From the NCBI GenBank assembly GCA_964035545.1, contig OZ037765.1, positions 33,975,504 through 34,039,503 on the forward strand: a DNA stretch of 64,000 bases. Direction: 5' to 3'. A program made the translations under genes and the position numbers. The notes under the pieces are model-generated. The model had not been told where the DNA came from, ran no database searches, and saw only the letters and a list, made by a program, of their open reading frames with translations. Below are positions 60,801 through 64,000 of this stretch, piece by piece. Source of the stretch: Bugula neritina (lineage: Eukaryota > Animalia > Bryozoa). Within the stretch, counting starts at the first letter, position 1, and each line of letters starts with the position of its first letter.

Positions 60801-63142
60801 GAGATGCATCGTACTGCTGCTATCACCTGCAGGGAAACGAAGAGGTAAATGAATACATGGAAGATGTAGTACTAATTGTTGGATATTCTCTGGTCTTAGC
60901 AACCTAGATAAGAAAACTCTAAGGTAAGACAATTATTAGTAAAATACACACTAACCCCCTATTCACACTTACCGTATCGTACGCCGTAACAGCAAATATC
61001 AGCCATTTTTACAAATGTCTGAGCTTCCTGTACGGTGTTGCGGTACGGTAGGATCAAGCACTGCTTGATTCAAATAAGTTGCGGCGGACTCTTATTGGAC
61101 AGAAAAACTTTTGCGTTAATTCATCAGATATAATTGTCCAATGAAGTGTCATAGATCGTACCTAATAGCGGACTTTGAAAACTTCAGCCCGGACACATTA
61201 AAAATGGCTGAAATTTGCTGTTACGGCGTACGATACGGTAAGTGTGAATAGAGGGTGAGACAACACACTGAACTAGCAGCTAGCAGGCAACCTATAAGCT
61301 GCAGTGTAACATAGCTGCAGTGTGTAGTGACTGACAGGGGCTAAAGTACACACACAGCCTGCATACAGCTATCAGCTGCAGTGTAGAGTAGAAGAGTAAT
61401 ATCAATATACTACACGTTCTAACACACAATGTATTCCCTTGGGTGTCCCTAGGAGTTGCTGCAGCGTGCAGGGCTACACTACAACACACACACAGTACAA
61501 CACAGCTGCACTACAACACACACACAGTACAACACAGCTGCACTACAATACACACACAGTACAACACAGCTGCACTACAATACACATACAGTACAACACA
61601 GCTGCACTACAACACACACACACAGTACAACACAGCTGCACTACAATACACATACAGTACAACACAGCTGCACTACAATACACACACAGTACAACACAGC
61701 TGCACTACAATACTCACACAGTACAACACAGCTGCACTACGATACACACAGTACAACACAGCTGCACTACAATACACACACAGTACAACACAGCTGCACT
61801 ACAATACACACACAGTACAACACAGCTGCACTACGATACACACACAGTATAACACAGCTGCACTACAATACACACACAGTACAACACAGCTGCACTACAA
61901 TACACACACAGTACAACACAGCTGCACTGCCCCATGCACAAGCCCCGTGCTGCAACCAGTGAGTTACAGGCACAGCGTTGTATGGTTACACTGGCCAAAG
62001 CCAACATTCCTTCATACAGTTGTGCAACAGATGCACTTGGCAAGAGTCCAACAGGCAGGGAGGAGCTCACAGCGTGGCAAGTCTTGCAGGCATGTGTGTG
62101 TACAGTAGCACACCTACCTAGTGTGTGCATACAGTAGCACACCTACCTAGTGTGTGTACAGTAGCACACCTACCTAGTGTGTGTATACAGTAGCGCACCT
62201 ACCTAGTGTGTATACAGTAGCACACCTACCTAGTGTGTGTGTACAGTAGCACACCTACCTAGTGTGTGTATACAGTAGCGCACCTACCTAGTGTGTGTAT
62301 ACAGTAGCACACCTACCTAGTGTGTGTATACAGTAGCGCACCTACCTAGTGTGTGTATACAGTAGCGCACCTACCTAGTGTGTGTATACAGTAGCACACC
62401 TACCTAGTGTGTGTATACAGTAGCACACCTACCTAGTGTGTGTATACAGTAGCACACCTACCTAGTGTGTGTATACAGTAGCGCACCTACCTAGCAAACT
62501 CTCTAGCTCTAGGATGATGCCGTCTGGGTCGTTATTCATATTCAGAAGCTGTTCCAGAGAGCTGTTGGAGTTGAGAGACTGGCTAGAAGGAGGGGGTAGA
62601 GAAGACGGGGTGGGATGGGGCGCGCCCCCTCCCAACACAGAGTTTACAGTCAACATACTGCTGGCTTCTGTTTTTAAACTTTGCTGGAAGTTCATAGGCG
62701 GGTGATTGTTCCTGACGTTAGCCTGAGAGTGTTGCGGCGGCAGTGCGGGGGCCAGCTGATCCGCCCCTAACATGCCGTAGTAGTCCTTGGAGCCGAGGCT
62801 ACTGTAGTTACTCATTAGAGTTGCGTTTCCCTGAGAAGGCGCAGAGCTGGTGGCGTCCATCTGGTTGCCCAGCCGGCTATCATAAACACTGGCATTGAGG
62901 AAGGACTGGGGGTGGTACATGCTGGCAGCACCGCGGCTGCTGCTACTGACAGCACTGCTGACTGGTCTGGGCAGAGCTGCGTACCGACTGATGTCGAGCT
63001 GCTCCGTGCCCAGCATGATCTTGTCGTTGACTACGTCCACCACGTTGGACGGCTGACCCGACTTGCCAGGCGTACGGCGCTGAGAGTCTATTTGAGCTTG
63101 GAGTTTCTGAAGGGGCGTGGCAGTGATGTCCTGAGGGTTAAT
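53633..63142 (-). CDS. p160 nuclear receptor coactivator (NCOA/SRC/taiman-like), 3' part. Exons 63142-62491, 60826-60653, 59822-59658, 59017-58855, 57747-~57589, ~57395-57106, 55474-55176, 54444-54265, 54080-53905, 53740-53633
   Basis: Phase-consistent splice chain; Q/S/P-rich. LxxLL boxes LEQLL, LESLL and near-terminal SLLQQLLTE, as at the SRC-1a C-terminus. VPHNTATSSQYVKREVRA resembles a taiman motif (from memory). bHLH-PAS would lie beyond the window. Confidence 0.7.
54477..55157. repeat. (ACT/GCT)n trinucleotide microsatellite in an intron
   Basis: Read directly. Confidence 0.95.
55731..56049. repeat. ~20-bp minisatellite (GAGGGTATCCCTAGGAGTAT)n
   Basis: Read directly. Confidence 0.9.
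56215..56810. repeat. (TAG)n/(TAC)n alternating quasi-palindromic microsatellite
   Basis: Read directly. Confidence 0.93.
57832..58392. repeat. 21-bp minisatellite (GAGTTGAGTGTATATTACAGW)n
   Basis: Read directly. Confidence 0.95.
59035..59629. repeat. 24-bp minisatellite (AGTACAGGAGTAAGTATAGCATAG)n
   Basis: Read directly. Confidence 0.95.
60955..61255. mobile_element. MITE, second copy of the 23210-23513 family
   Basis: Same TIRs and internal sequence. Confidence 0.85.
61475..61928. repeat. ~31-bp minisatellite (CAGTACAACACAGCTGCACTACAATACACAC)n
   Basis: Read directly. Confidence 0.93.
62095..62494. repeat. 29-bp minisatellite that repeats the exon's splice donor
   Basis: (ACAGTAGCACACCTACCTAGTGTGTGTAT)n abutting the exon end at 62491. 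Confidence 0.93.
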
Positions 63143-63154
63143 CTACAGCAAAGA

Positions 63155-63845
63155 ACTCAGACTATACAGTATATATTACTCAGACTATACAGTATATAAT
63201 ACTCAGACTACACAGTATATATTACTCAGACTATACAGTATATATTACTCAAACTATACAGTATATATTACTCAGACTATATAGTATATTATATTACTCA
63301 GACTATACAGTATATACTACTCAGACTATACAGTATATATTACTCAGACTATACAGTATATATTACTCAGACTATACAGTATATATTACTAAGACTATAC
63401 AGTATATATTACTAAGACTATACAGTATATATTACTCAGACTATACAGTATATATTACTCAGACTATACAGTATATATTACTCAGACTATACAGTATATA
63501 TTACTCAAACTATACAGTATATATTACTCAGACTATATAGTATATTATATTACTCAGACTATACAGTATATATTACTAAGACTATACAGTATATATTACT
63601 AAGACTATACAGTATATATTACTCAGACTATACAGTATATATTACTCAGACTATACAGTATATATTACTCAGACTATACAGTATATATTACTCAGACTAT
63701 ATAGTATATATTACTCAGACTATACAGTATATATTACTCAGACTATACAGTATATATTACTCAGACTATACAATAAATATTACTCAAACTATACAGTATA
63801 TATTACTCAGACTATATAGTATATATTACTCAGACTATATAGTAT
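63155..63845. repeat. 22-bp minisatellite (ACTCAGACTATACAGTATATATT-like)n
   Basis: Read directly. Confidence 0.95.
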
Positions 63846-64000
63846 AATAACAACGCACACCAAACACGGTACTTTGCTTCACTCATTTCCAAATCAATTT
63901 AGTACCAAAAATCTGATAAGATATAATTGAATTTGAATAAGATAAATTATCGCCATTGTTTTAGATTATTTTCAGTTAGAAAATGTACAATGAAGCTAAA

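Noticed and set aside
57799-62142. Repetitive ORFs (CNIHSTL, MLYLLLYS, HTVQHSCTT)
   Set aside because: Minisatellite translations lying between phase-consistent exons.
53633-63142. Mastermind-like assignment for the Q/P/S-rich gene
   Set aside because: Several LxxLL boxes and the terminal SLLQQLLTE fit the p160 family better.

Overview
AT-rich, intron-containing animal genomic DNA, probably an invertebrate. The main result is a tandem pair of paralogous minus-strand genes. The complete copy (gene A, 37566->24213) can be spliced by hand with canonical GT-AG sites and consistent phases into one ~1380-aa ORF: Pro/Thr/Ser-rich N-terminus, cap, LRRs, ROC GTPase, COR, then caspase p20/p10 with the His (MSHG) and Cys (QACSG) dyad intact. 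This is a Roco-caspase fusion. The LRRs are encoded on near-identical 144-nt, phase 2-2 cassette exons: 3 in gene A and at least 6 in gene B (9692->left edge). The cassettes differ mainly at exposed LRR beta-strand residues, and a 30-bp satellite borders them with its flanks present in all four recombinant combinations. Together this suggests a diversifying receptor-switch-executioner immune locus. Also present: an XBP1 gene with a predicted 17-nt IRE1 intron and an upstream ERSE; the 3' part of a p160/NCOA (taiman-like) coactivator whose introns are filled with minisatellites; a small unknown gene; a recent gag-only LTR element; a DNA transposon derivative with 1181-bp inverted arms; a hAT relic; and several MITEs.
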